From Acidiferrobacterales bacterium (GTDB lineage: Bacteria > Pseudomonadota > Gammaproteobacteria > Acidiferrobacterales > SPGG2): a stretch of 64,000 nucleotides of DNA. The notes under the pieces were generated by a model, which was not told the DNA's origin, made no database searches, and saw nothing but the letters and a program-made list of their open reading frames with translations. This document shows, piece after piece, positions 41,268-50,969 of this stretch. Each line of letters begins with the position of its first letter. The first letter of the stretch is position 1. Position numbers and translations under genes: made by a program. The DNA lies in the NCBI GenBank assembly GCA_046759385.1, contig JBHICC010000003.1:11380-75379 (forward strand). Reading direction: 5' to 3'.

Positions 41268-42425
41268 CTACTTAAGCTGTTCATAGAGCAGGCCTAGGAT
41301 CTGCTCGCTCGTCTTCGAAGCATCGGGCACACCTTCTTGGTTCAGAACCTCAACCGTTGTGCCAACTCCGGATTCCTTCAGGGCGACCCGCCACTCGATG
41401 TCTTGTTCCTCTCTCTTTTTCCTCTTTTTTTTCTTCTTTTTCTTCCTACTGGTTTCGTCGGGAATAATGTAACGGACATAATATGTCCAATTGGAGTGGT
41501 CGCGTTCCTCGACGGTGAACCCGATTCGATCCAGCGACAGACCCACGCGTCGCCACGCACGCTCACGACCGTCCGCCAGCGCCAGGTAAGAATGACCGTT
41601 CTCGGCGCGAATCAATTTAGCGCGGGCTAACTTGGGCTTGATACTGGTCTCGACCGCAGCGGTGATGGTATCGGCTTTCGGGCGCGATGTTCCCAGGTGC
41701 ACCATCAGGCGACGCAACATCTCGGCTTCAAGGTCGGGATCAGAGGGTCGTGGCTTCCAGGCCGAATGGCCCTCAAGCTCGCGTCCCGATACATCGACGG
41801 GACCGGTGTCATACACGATCACGCTCTGCAAGCCGCGGTGGCTCATAAAGATTTCCGTGCTGCCGGGCTCTTCAGCCCGCTCGAGGCGGATGCGGTACTT
41901 ATCACGCAGGCCCGTGCCAGCGCCTTGTCCGGTGATCTTTGAGAAAAACCGTGACACGCCGCCGCCTGCCAACGCCCGGTTCTCCGCCCAGTTAGTCTCG
42001 ATAATTCCCGCCGCCGGTTCTTCCTTCGCGATAGTCAGCCCCATCTTATCGACGAAGTCACGCAACAGCGGCCAAAGTTGATCAGGCGCGGCCTTGACGA
42101 CCAACCACTGTTGAGCGCCAGCGCGTACAAGCCGGATATTGTCATATTGCGGGAGCAACCCGGCGTGTTGCGTGCCGCCCCCTTGTTGCTTGCGCTCTGC
42201 CTCGAATGCCGAGTATGTCGCCGCGCCCGCCGTACCGGTCCTCGATGTGTGCGAGTCGGGTGGCAAGCTGCTGAGGTCTGGCGGCACCTCAAGCGGCGGT
42301 AAGGTCCGTGTCGCCTCGTAGTCAATCTTAGTACCTTTCTTAGAACCGCCGCAGCCCCCCGCCACGACGGTAAGCAAGAAGAGAGCGAGTATAAGACTGG
42401 TACTCTTCATGCTGTGCGCACTCAA
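41268..42425 (-). CDS. bamC: outer membrane protein assembly factor BamC (NlpB) lipoprotein
   Basis: Lipobox VVAGGC. Conserved …LWPLLRDFVDKMGLTIAKEE…ETNWAENR segment. Position directly downstream of dapA. Carries an unusual Lys/Arg run. Confidence 0.75.
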   Translation of the reverse strand: MSAHSMKSTSLILALFLLTVVAGGCGGSKKGTKIDYEATRTLPPLEVPPDLSSLPPDSHTSRTGTAGAATYSAFEAERKQQGGGTQHAGLLPQYDNIRLVRAGAQQWLVVKAAPDQLWPLLRDFVDKMGLTIAKEEPAAGIIETNWAENRALAGGGVSRFFSKITGQGAGTGLRDKYRIRLERAEEPGSTEIFMSHRGLQSVIVYDTGPVDVSGRELEGHSAWKPRPSDPDLEAEMLRRLMVHLGTSRPKADTITAAVETSIKPKLARAKLIRAENGHSYLALADGRERAWRRVGLSLDRIGFTVEERDHSNWTYYVRYIIPDETSRKKKKKKKRKKREEQDIEWRVALKESGVGTTVEVLNQEGVPDASKTSEQILGLLYEQLK

Positions 42426-42454
42426 AAAACAGTCTACTTAAGAATATAGATGAA

Positions 42455-43330
42455 CTACAGTACGCCCGCGCCGCGCAGTGTCTGGCGTACCGGTTCGTGG
42501 AATGACTCGGACAATGGCGTCAACGGCAGACGGATCCCACCTTCGATCAGTCCCATCTCCTTCAACGCCCATTTGACCGGAATAGGGTTAGATTCTACAA
42601 ACAGTTTTTTATGGAGATCCATCAAACGATCGTTGATATCCCGCGCGGTCGCTTCGTCCTTCTCCAACGCCGCTCGGCACATCTCGCTCATCTGGCGCGG
42701 GGCTACGTTCGCTGTCACCGAGATCACGCCTTTACCACCGGCTAGGATCAAGTCCAGCGCAGTCGCATCGTCGCCCGAGTAGACATCCATCGAATCGCCG
42801 CAAGCTTGCGTGATCTGCACGACCCGCTCGATGTCGCCCGTAGCCTCCTTAACGCCGACGATGTTAGGAATGGGGCCGAGGCGTATGACCGTTTCCGGTA
42901 ACATGTCACAGGCTGTACGGCCTGGCACGTTGTAGAGAATCTGAGGTATTGCGACCGCCTCGGCAATCGCCTTGTAGTGCTGATACAACCCCTCCTGCGT
43001 CGGCTTATTATAGTATGGGGTAACTAGCAGACTGGCGTCCGCGCGCGCTTCGTGAGCGTAGCGCGTAAGTTCAATGGCTTCGGCTGTCGAGTTGGCACCG
43101 GTACCAGCGATAACTGGAATCCGTCCGTTAACGTGCGCCACCGTCTCCCTAATGATGCGGCAATGCTCCTCGATATTCACCGTCGCCGACTCACCGGTTG
43201 TTCCGACGGCAATAATGGCGCTGGTACCGTTGTCGACGTGGAAATCAATTAACGGAGGCAGGGCGGCCAGATCCACCGTGCCGTCTTCTCGCATCGGCGT
43301 AACCAAAGCAACCATGCTGCCGTGAAACAT
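42455..43330 (-). CDS. dapA: 4-hydroxy-tetrahydrodipicolinate synthase
   Basis: [13 protein letters not shown]…, GTTGES, and Schiff-base Lys context [11 protein letters not shown] 42455..43567 is over-extended; the conserved ATG is at 43330. Confidence 0.95.
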   Translation of the reverse strand: MFHGSMVALVTPMREDGTVDLAALPPLIDFHVDNGTSAIIAVGTTGESATVNIEEHCRIIRETVAHVNGRIPVIAGTGANSTAEAIELTRYAHEARADASLLVTPYYNKPTQEGLYQHYKAIAEAVAIPQILYNVPGRTACDMLPETVIRLGPIPNIVGVKEATGDIERVVQITQACGDSMDVYSGDDATALDLILAGGKGVISVTANVAPRQMSEMCRAALEKDEATARDINDRLMDLHKKLFVESNPIPVKWALKEMGLIEGGIRLPLTPLSESFHEPVRQTLRGAGVL

Positions 43331-43514
43331 AGCGGGTAATCCTGGGATAATCCGGTAAACGGCATGGTACTGTCCCCTCTCCGGGTTGACAAGTAAGCCG
43401 CTCTCGGCCCTGCAAAACGCGGGCTGGAACGGGCCGCCGGCAAAACCGCAAACTAGACGGCTAAATCGGGTCAGTAGATCAAGCGTGCGGAGCGTGCTTG
43501 GGCGTGGAGGAACC

Positions 43515-44702
43515 ATGTCACGAAACACGATAGCAACGGTGTTGACGGCATTGCATTTGCTCGCCATGTTGGCTCTCGGCGAATCTGCTCACGCCGTCGT
43601 TTGTGCTGAGAAAAACGCAAACCAGCCCATCCCGCGCATCGCGCTGCGCGAGGTCGCAAGCGGCCTTAGGAAACCGGTGCACGTCACCAATGCCGGTGAT
43701 GGTAGTAACCGGCTCTTTATCGTCGAACAAGGCGGTGTGATCCGCATACTCGAAGTTGGCCAGCTGCGTGCTCAGCCCTTCTTGGACATACAGGATCGTG
43801 TGGTCAGTGGCGGTGAACGCGGATTATTGAGCGTGGCCTTCCATCCAAACTACGCGAGAAATGGCCGCTTCTATGTCAATTACACTACGCGCGACCGTGG
43901 CCTTTTCACGATTGTGGGGGAGTTTGAACGCGCGACTCCAAATCATGCCAACTCACGCAGCGAGCGCGTGTTACTGAAGATCCGACAGCCATTCGGTAAC
44001 CATAATGGTGGACAACTGGCATTCGGACCCGAGGGCTACCTCTACATCGGCATGGGCGATGGCGGTGCTGCCAACGACCCCCATGACAACGGACAAAAAA
44101 CCGATACGTTATTGGGCGCAATGTTGCGTGTCGACATCGATCGGCGCACGCCAAGTCAAGCCTATGCGATCCCGCCTGACAACCCATTCACAGGCCGACC
44201 GGGATATCGCCCCGAGATCTGGGCCTACGGATTGCGCAACCCCTGGCGTTTCTCTTTCGACGTAGCAAACGGACGTCTTTATCTAGCTGACGTCGGGCAG
44301 AATAGCTATGAGGAGATCGATGTGATCGAGAAAGGCGGCAACTATGGTTGGAACATCATGGAAGGCAACATCTGTACCCCTGATGTCAATCGACGCTGTA
44401 ATAAAACCGGCCTCTCACTGCCGATCTTTACCTATCCACAGCCCGAGGGATTCTCTGTTACCGGTGGGTTCGTGTATCGGGGCCGCGCGATCCCGGCATT
44501 GTGCGGCGTTTATGTTTACGGAGATTACGTAACCGAACGTATCTGGGGATTGCGTTACGATGGTTACCGCGTAACGCGTCAGCGAAAGTTGCTGAAGACA
44601 CGTCATGCGATCAGTAGTTTCGGCGAGGATGAGGTGCGAGAGCTTTATGTGGCCGATCACGCGGGCGGCAAGATCCTGAAGATGGTGCCAGCCATCCGCT
44701 AG
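43515..44702 (+). CDS. PQQ-dependent sugar (glucose/sorbosone) dehydrogenase, soluble beta-propeller type
   Basis: Signal peptide [27 protein letters not shown] after ATG 43515 (GGAGG upstream). GLLSVAFHP…[22 protein letters not shown] motifs. Confidence 0.85.
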   Translation: MSRNTIATVLTALHLLAMLALGESAHAVVCAEKNANQPIPRIALREVASGLRKPVHVTNAGDGSNRLFIVEQGGVIRILEVGQLRAQPFLDIQDRVVSGGERGLLSVAFHPNYARNGRFYVNYTTRDRGLFTIVGEFERATPNHANSRSERVLLKIRQPFGNHNGGQLAFGPEGYLYIGMGDGGAANDPHDNGQKTDTLLGAMLRVDIDRRTPSQAYAIPPDNPFTGRPGYRPEIWAYGLRNPWRFSFDVANGRLYLADVGQNSYEEIDVIEKGGNYGWNIMEGNICTPDVNRRCNKTGLSLPIFTYPQPEGFSVTGGFVYRGRAIPALCGVYVYGDYVTERIWGLRYDGYRVTRQRKLLKTRHAISSFGEDEVRELYVADHAGGKILKMVPAIR

Positions 44703-44714
44703 GCCGATCACTCC

Positions 44715-45299
44715 TCAGGGAATACTCTCTATCGTATAACGCTGGACCTTGATTTCGTCGGACCAGGAGTCAGAGGCAAGTCCCGCTTTACCTTTAAGTT
44801 GACACAAAAATTCATGCGGATCGGGCAGCGACTCCCAGACCGAGGGGAGATAGGTCGCGCGATAAGTACCTTGCTCCAGTATCACCCCGTCGATTCCGGG
44901 ACGGAGTTGTCGAACCAAGTCGCCCTCGGACGTGAATACGATGGGCTCGGGGCGTCCCAGAACAGAGATGTGCACATTTAGTTGGTTGAACTCGGTTGCG
45001 GTCAACGGCGAGAAACGCGGATCACTAAACGCGGCCGAATAAGCGTTGCACACGACGTCCTCAGCCAACACCCGTTTTCGATCAAGTGAACCAATACAGC
45101 CGCGCAGCTCGAGAGCGACCTTGATGGTAACAAAGCTCGCACCGGGTTCACGCAGCTGCAGGCTGTACTCGCTGGAATCTATGCGCAGTCGCTCGCCGAT
45201 AAGTCCCTTCTCGATCGACGCCGTTGCCAACGTTAAGAGCGTCTCGCGCTCCGCGGATGAAAGACCGGGACCGAGCTTATTGGAAGAGGTAAGCGCCAT
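44715..45299 (-). CDS. AmmeMemoRadiSam system protein A (AMMECR1 domain)
   Basis: AMMECR1 signature LRGCIGS. About 190 aa. 23-nt overlap with the upstream Memo-like gene. Confidence 0.85.
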   Translation of the reverse strand: MALTSSNKLGPGLSSAERETLLTLATASIEKGLIGERLRIDSSEYSLQLREPGASFVTIKVALELRGCIGSLDRKRVLAEDVVCNAYSAAFSDPRFSPLTATEFNQLNVHISVLGRPEPIVFTSEGDLVRQLRPGIDGVILEQGTYRATYLPSVWESLPDPHEFLCQLKGKAGLASDSWSDEIKVQRYTIESIP

Positions 45300-46068
45300 A
45301 GCCTACTACCTGATTCCGGGGTCCGGCGGTATCGCCTGAATTTCGCAAATCGATGGTTGTCGCACGCATACCTCGACTGCGTGCGATATGCAGTAGCCCA
45401 TTGACCGGATCGCGGCCGCAAGCGTGATCGTATTCGATGTCTTCGGGTCTCAACCGCTCGATTGCGCGCGACGTTGCACTGTCCAGACGGCGTGCCGTCT
45501 CGTAGTCGTGGTAATGGCTCAGATCGGAACTAACCACGATCAACGTCTCCGGACCCCCCCAAAGGATCTTCAATACTTGCGCAACCTCCGAGGGCGTGGC
45601 GCGTCCCACTGCTAATGGCACGACTGTAAAATTCGCCAGCACCGTTTGTAGAAAAGGAAGATGCACCTCCAAGCTGTGTTCCTGCGTATGTGCCTCATCC
45701 ATGACCTGTACCTGTGGCAAATCAATGATTTTTTCCACCGCATCTTTGTCGATCGTTACCTCGCCTAACGGTGTTGCCAGGCTGTCAACATGCGGTAGCG
45801 CAAGTCCCCGCAGCGGCACCCGATGCGCCGGACCCAATAGAATGACTCGGGTTACCAATTCACGCGCGGGCACGATGCGCACGTAGACACTCGCGGCGAT
45901 CGGCCCTGAATAGATGTAGCCCGCGTGTGGGGCAATTACCGCTTTGGGTACCGGCGCCGCTGCGGACTGCTCCACCTCGCCGATGAGCGCGTTTACCATG
46001 GTGCTTAGTTCGCCCGGATCTGCCGGATAGAACAGGCCGGCGACAGCCGGTTTACGCACGTTTACCAT
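45277..46068 (-). CDS. AmmeMemoRadiSam system protein B (Memo-like)
   Basis: Memo-family motif APHAGYIYSG plus downstream His/Asp ligand contexts (SSDLSHYH). Confidence 0.85.
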   Translation of the reverse strand: MVNVRKPAVAGLFYPADPGELSTMVNALIGEVEQSAAAPVPKAVIAPHAGYIYSGPIAASVYVRIVPARELVTRVILLGPAHRVPLRGLALPHVDSLATPLGEVTIDKDAVEKIIDLPQVQVMDEAHTQEHSLEVHLPFLQTVLANFTVVPLAVGRATPSEVAQVLKILWGGPETLIVVSSDLSHYHDYETARRLDSATSRAIERLRPEDIEYDHACGRDPVNGLLHIARSRGMRATTIDLRNSGDTAGPRNQVVGYGAYLFQ

Positions 46069-46223
46069 AGCGCTAAATCCTCATTGCTCAGTTCAAAAAT
46101 GCGCCGAAACGGGTGTTTTTTCAAGATCCGTGTACAATTTGATGATTACAGCTTTGAATTCAGTCGCCCGCGCCCCATTCAATATATATCTATATTAGGT
46201 GATCCTGGCGCAGCCACGACGAA

Positions 46224-47330
46224 TTGGCCATGAAAGACCGCGAAGAACTGGGTACGGTTGTCCCGACCCGGTACTGGCATAAGCTGGAAAACGGCCGCGT
46301 GCAATGCGATGTCTGCCCACGCTATTGCAAGCTTCGCCCAGGTCAACGTGGCGTGTGCTTCGTCCGCGCGAATCAGGCCGACGAGATCGTGCTGACAACC
46401 TACGGAAGATCGAGCGGGTATTGCGTCGACCCGATCGAAAAAAAACCACTCAACCACTATCTCCCAGGTACACCGATCTTGTCCTTCGGTACCGCGGGTT
46501 GCAATCTCGCCTGCAAGTTTTGCCAGAACTGGGATATTAGCAAGTCCCGCGAGATCGATACCTTGGCCGATCAGGCTTCACCTGAAAAGATTGCGAGGGT
46601 TGCGCAGCGATTGGATTGTCGCAGCGTCGCTTACACCTATAACGACCCCGTGATCTTCATGGAGTATGCGATTGACGTGGCGCTCGCCTGCCGTGAGGCC
46701 GACATCAGATCAGTGGCAGTGACTGCGGGCTACATTGCCGATGAACCACGCGTGGAGTTCTATCGGCATATGGATGCCGCAAACGTCGATCTTAAGGCGT
46801 TTACCGAAAAATTCTACTACAAGATCTGTGGCGGGCACTTGCAACCGGTGTTGGACACACTCAAGTATCTCAAGCACGAAACCGACGTCTGGTTCGAGAT
46901 AACGACATTACTGATCCCAGGTGAAAATGATTCTGAGAACGAACTCGAAGAGATGACACAGTGGGTAGTCGAGAGTGTCGGCCAGGATGTCCCATGGCAT
47001 TTCACCGCGTTCCATCCCGATTGGAAAATGATGGACAAACCGCGCACGTCCGCTTCGACGCTCACGCGTGCGCGGAACATTGCGGTCAAAAACGGAGTGC
47101 GCTACGCCTATACCGGCAACGTACATGATGAAAAAGGTGGCAGCAGCTACTGCCACGCATGCGGCCAGAAACTGATCGGTCGAGACTGGTACGTTCTCAC
47201 GGCTTGGCATCTGAATAGGGACGGCACGTGCGCGTCCTGTGGAACACCGTGCGCCGGAGTGTTCGAAGCCGAGCCCGGAGTCTGGGGTGCCCGACGCCTG
47301 CCCGTACGCCTGAAAGACTTTGCCGCGTAG
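46224..47330 (+). CDS. AmmeMemoRadiSam system radical SAM enzyme
   Basis: CX3CX2C motif (GCNLACKFCQNW). N-terminal Cys cluster (CDVCPRYC…C). C-terminal Zn-ribbon-like CHACG…CASCGTPC. Divergent from the A/B genes. Confidence 0.88.
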   Translation: MAMKDREELGTVVPTRYWHKLENGRVQCDVCPRYCKLRPGQRGVCFVRANQADEIVLTTYGRSSGYCVDPIEKKPLNHYLPGTPILSFGTAGCNLACKFCQNWDISKSREIDTLADQASPEKIARVAQRLDCRSVAYTYNDPVIFMEYAIDVALACREADIRSVAVTAGYIADEPRVEFYRHMDAANVDLKAFTEKFYYKICGGHLQPVLDTLKYLKHETDVWFEITTLLIPGENDSENELEEMTQWVVESVGQDVPWHFTAFHPDWKMMDKPRTSASTLTRARNIAVKNGVRYAYTGNVHDEKGGSSYCHACGQKLIGRDWYVLTAWHLNRDGTCASCGTPCAGVFEAEPGVWGARRLPVRLKDFAA

Positions 47331-47348
47331 CGCCCGGCCGGCGTTCGA

Positions 47349-48083
47349 TTGGCTTTGCTCGCGATGACACCTCAGGCTCAACGCATTCACGAACTCGATC
47401 ATTTAAGAGACCGCGCACACGTATTTCGCGACCGTATCCATGCGGGTCGCGTGCTCGCCAAGATGCTGAAAGGCTACGATGGTACCAACGCGCTGGTGTT
47501 CGGCATCCCGGCTGGCGGTGTACCGGTCGCGGCAACCTTGGCGAAAAGCCTTGGGCTTGCGCTAGATGTGGCCGTAGTTAGCAAGATGACCCTGCCTTGG
47601 AACACCGAGGTCGGTTACGGGGCGGTGGCATTCGACGGTACGGTGAAAATCAACGATGCCTTGGTCCGCCGTGTGGGGCTCACCAAGGACCAAGTGGCAC
47701 AGGGAATCGCGGCTACCGGTACCAAGGTCAAACGGCGCTGCGGCGAACTGCGAGGAAACCGCTCGTTGCCAAACTTGGCCCAGCGCCTGGTGTTTGTCGT
47801 GGACGACGGGCTCGCGTCAGGATTCACCATGCGCGTTGCGGTCGATGCCTTGACGCGCGCGGGGGCAGATACGATTGCGGTGGCGGTACCCACTGCTCAC
47901 GCGAGTGCGGCCGAGCAGCTAGCGACCAAGGTAACCGCGGTGTATTGCCCCAATGTGCGCGAAGGCTGGGGTTTTGCCGTGGCCGACGCCTACGAACATT
48001 GGTCCGATGTCGAGGAAAGCGAACTCGTGCAACACCTATGTGTGTCTGATGGAGCGGTAACGCACGTACCGTTATCTCATTAA
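47349..48083 (+). CDS. phosphoribosyltransferase-domain protein
   Basis: PRPP-binding loop [17 protein letters not shown] 47349 per the ORF track; ATG 47364 is an alternative start. Confidence 0.75.
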   Translation: MALLAMTPQAQRIHELDHLRDRAHVFRDRIHAGRVLAKMLKGYDGTNALVFGIPAGGVPVAATLAKSLGLALDVAVVSKMTLPWNTEVGYGAVAFDGTVKINDALVRRVGLTKDQVAQGIAATGTKVKRRCGELRGNRSLPNLAQRLVFVVDDGLASGFTMRVAVDALTRAGADTIAVAVPTAHASAAEQLATKVTAVYCPNVREGWGFAVADAYEHWSDVEESELVQHLCVSDGAVTHVPLSH

Positions 48084-48088
48084 TCTCC

Positions 48089-48508
48089 ATGGACGGGCGC
48101 TGGGAGCATTTTCCACATGAGGCGGACATGGGTGTGCGCGGGACTGGCGACTCCAGGAACGCGGCATTTGAACAGGCGGCATTGGCCATGACCGCAGTAA
48201 TTACAGATCCGAAGAATGTCGAAAACAAAGAAGAAATATCGATCGCGTGCGAAGCGCCTGACGATGAGCTACTCCTGGTCGACTGGCTCAACGCGCTGAT
48301 CTATGAAATGGCAACACGCAACATGCTGTTTGGACGATTTGAAGTAAGTATCACTAATGGCAGTATAGCGGCGAGGGCCTGGGGGGAGAAAGTGGACACG
48401 CAACGACATCAGCCTGCGGTTGAGGTAAAAGGCGCGACTTACACGGCGCTTCATGTCGGACGCGATCGTGGTGGTGTTTGGGTCGCCCAGTGTGTGGTAG
48501 ATGTATGA
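48089..48508 (+). CDS. archease
   Basis: [16 protein letters not shown]-terminus and KGATYTAL near the C-terminus. About 139 aa. Starts 5 nt after the PRTase stop. Confidence 0.85.
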   Translation: MDGRWEHFPHEADMGVRGTGDSRNAAFEQAALAMTAVITDPKNVENKEEISIACEAPDDELLLVDWLNALIYEMATRNMLFGRFEVSITNGSIAARAWGEKVDTQRHQPAVEVKGATYTALHVGRDRGGVWVAQCVVDV

Positions 48509-48513
48509 TTTTC

Positions 48514-48585
48514 GTGACCAGTGAACCGTGATTAGTGACTAGTTGATAGTATCGACGAATCACTAGTCACTAGTGTCACCAGTCG
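48514..48585 (+). promoter_or_regulatory. heptad-periodic GTGA repeat array with an 11-bp inverted repeat (putative operator or RNA structure)
   Basis: GTGA at 48514, 48521, 48528 and 48535 (7-nt phase). TCAC at 48560, 48567 and 48576. Perfect inverted repeat tagtgactagt (48533-43) / actagtcacta (48562-72). Three ACTAGT cores. Confidence 0.4.
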
Positions 48586-48600
48586 CCTGTAACCGATACT

Positions 48601-50031
48601 ATGGATCTAAACCTTCTGAAGCGCGAGTCGGAGTTCAGTTGGCGTATCGAAGCACGTGGGAAAATGCGCGCGCCAGGGATTATTTACGGCAACGAAACGC
48701 TCGTCGGCAACATGGATCACAAAGTCTACGAGCAGGTTACCAATGTGGCTACCCTACCTGGTATCGTGCAGGCCTCCTACGCGATGCCCGATGCGCATTG
48801 GGGCTACGGGTTCCCCATCGGCGGGGTAGCGGCGTTCGACCCGGCCGAAGGCGGCGTGATCTCGGCAGGTGGCGTGGGTTTCGACATTTCCTGTGGCGTG
48901 CGCACCCTGCACACGGGCCTAACGCGGACTGATATCGAGGCTGCACAAACGCCGCTAGCCGATGCGCTCTACCGCAAGATACCTGTCGGTGTCGGCAGCA
49001 CTGGGCGCATTCGACTGGAAACCGAGGCGATGGACGCCATGCTCACGGGCGGCGCACATTGGGCGATCGAACAAGGCTATGGTGATCGCCGAGACCTCGA
49101 GCGCATCGAGGAGCACGGTTCGATGGCCGGCGCGCAGCCTGCGGCTGTTTCCCCGCAAGCAAAGAAACGTCAGCGTGACGAGATGGGTACGCTCGGGTCG
49201 GGCAATCATTATCTTGAGGTTCAACACGTCACCGAGGTGTACGATTCTGAAGTGGGGGAAGCGTTCGGGCTACGCCAAGGCGATGTTGTTGTGAGCATAC
49301 ACTGCGGTTCTCGCGGCCTAGGACATCAGATTGGAACTGAGTTTCTGAAGAAAATGGCCATCAGCGCACAGCAGCATGGCATTATGCTGCCCGACCGGGA
49401 ACTGGCTTGTGCACCGTTGGATTCGGCAGTCGGCAAGTCCTATCTTGGCGCCATGCGGGCGGCGATTAATTGCGCGCTGGCCAATCGGCAAATCATTACG
49501 CACTTAACGCGCGAGGTATTTGCCGACGTATTACCCCGGGCAGAACTGAGGCTGCTCTACGATGTCTCCCATAACACTTGCAAGGTCGAGCATCATCGCG
49601 TCAATGGGGAACGAAAGTGTTTGTTCGTGCACCGCAAGGGGGCAACGCGCGCGTTCGGACCGGACCATCCCGATCTGCCTGCTGTTTTGCGCGACGTCGG
49701 CCAGCCGGTTCTGATCGGCGGATCCATGGGGACAGCGTCGTATATTCTCGTTGGCACGCGTGCGGGTGAAACCTTGTCGTTTAGCTCGTCCTGTCACGGC
49801 GCCGGGCGCGCCATGAGCCGGCACCAAGCTAAGCGCACGTGGAAAGGCCGCGCGCTCGTCGATGAGCTTGCCGAACGCGGCATCATTATTCGCAGCCCTT
49901 CGATGCGTGGCGTGGCGGAAGAAGCGCCAGGTGCCTATAAAGACGTCAGCACGGTCGTCGATGCCGCTGACGTCGCGGGGCTCTCGCGCCGAGTGGCGCG
50001 TCTTGAACCATTGGTTTGCATTAAAGGATAG
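48601..50031 (+). CDS. rtcB: RNA 3'-phosphate/2',3'-cyclic phosphate ligase RtcB
   Basis: MPDAHWGYGFPIGGV, GSGNHYLEVQ and HCGSRGLGHQ motifs. 476 aa. Confidence 0.95.
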   Translation: MDLNLLKRESEFSWRIEARGKMRAPGIIYGNETLVGNMDHKVYEQVTNVATLPGIVQASYAMPDAHWGYGFPIGGVAAFDPAEGGVISAGGVGFDISCGVRTLHTGLTRTDIEAAQTPLADALYRKIPVGVGSTGRIRLETEAMDAMLTGGAHWAIEQGYGDRRDLERIEEHGSMAGAQPAAVSPQAKKRQRDEMGTLGSGNHYLEVQHVTEVYDSEVGEAFGLRQGDVVVSIHCGSRGLGHQIGTEFLKKMAISAQQHGIMLPDRELACAPLDSAVGKSYLGAMRAAINCALANRQIITHLTREVFADVLPRAELRLLYDVSHNTCKVEHHRVNGERKCLFVHRKGATRAFGPDHPDLPAVLRDVGQPVLIGGSMGTASYILVGTRAGETLSFSSSCHGAGRAMSRHQAKRTWKGRALVDELAERGIIIRSPSMRGVAEEAPGAYKDVSTVVDAADVAGLSRRVARLEPLVCIKG

Positions 50032-50082
50032 TTCCAGACCAGTTGGCGCTACCGACCAGCGCACCGGGGCTATGCTCGGCTT

Positions 50083-50817
50083 TTGCCTATGATTGCGCGC
50101 GCCTATATAGGAACCAGCGGATGGAACTATAAGAGTTGGAAAGAGACCTTCTATTCCGGAATACCACAGAAAGATTGGTTGCACTTCTGTGCCCAGCAGT
50201 TCACTGGGCTCGAGATAAACTCAACATTCTATCGCCTTCAAAACACAAGTACATTCGAGCGCTGGCGAGATCAAACGCCGACTGACTTTCGCTTCGCTAT
50301 CAAGGGCAACCGTTTTCTTACCCACAATAAGAAACTCGCTGATCCGATACCTTCGATCCGTTTGGAACGTGAACGCGCACAAGCGCTCGGTAAGAAACTT
50401 GCTGTTGTGCTGTGGCAAACTCCCGGCTATCTGCGCAAGAGCATGGACAAGCTCGTCGGCTTCGCGCGGGCGCTCGCACATTGGCCGGAGGTGCGCCATA
50501 GCGTGGAGTTCCGTCATCCATCGTGGTTTGATGAACAGGTGGCGGATTGTCTACATGAACACGGGGTGGCAGCGTGCCTCTCGGACGCCGCAGATTGGCC
50601 TATGTGGGACAGGGTCACGACAGATCTCGCGTACGTGAGATTGCACGGACACACCCGAACCTATGTCTCGGCCTATAGCACACAATCGCTCAAGCGCTGG
50701 GCGGCACGTGCGCAGATGTGGCGAGAGCAAGGGCGTGAGGTACATGTGTATTTCGACAACGACGCTGAAGGCGCCGCGCCTCGGGATGCGACCCGGCTGA
50801 TTGAGTTAGTAGCGTAA
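50083..50817 (+). CDS. DUF72 (UPF0759/YecE-like) protein
   Basis: IGTSGWNYKSWKETFY N-terminus is typical of DUF72. Confidence 0.85.
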   Translation: MPMIARAYIGTSGWNYKSWKETFYSGIPQKDWLHFCAQQFTGLEINSTFYRLQNTSTFERWRDQTPTDFRFAIKGNRFLTHNKKLADPIPSIRLERERAQALGKKLAVVLWQTPGYLRKSMDKLVGFARALAHWPEVRHSVEFRHPSWFDEQVADCLHEHGVAACLSDAADWPMWDRVTTDLAYVRLHGHTRTYVSAYSTQSLKRWAARAQMWREQGREVHVYFDNDAEGAAPRDATRLIELVA

Positions 50818-50969
50818 AGCCACGGGGCTAGCGCCGAAAAGACGCCGCGGCTGCCTTTGATTACTTAAGCCGGCGCGCCCATAGATTTACAATAAGTCCC
50901 AGTGTTCGGTGGTCTCGATCACGCAGTTAACTTGCACAAAACACGTGGAAACTTTGAGGAGACGCCACC

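Noticed and set aside
49531-50184. 217-aa minus-strand ORF overlapping rtcB and the DUF72 start
   Set aside because: It is antisense to RtcB with its conserved His/Cys motifs. No motif, no SD, and it spans an intergenic gap.
50818-50969. Search for NrdR boxes or a cobalamin riboswitch upstream of the pncA-pncB-nrdJ operon
   Set aside because: No pair of 16-bp acaCwAtATaTwGtgt-like palindromes and no B12-box-like element was recognisable by eye.
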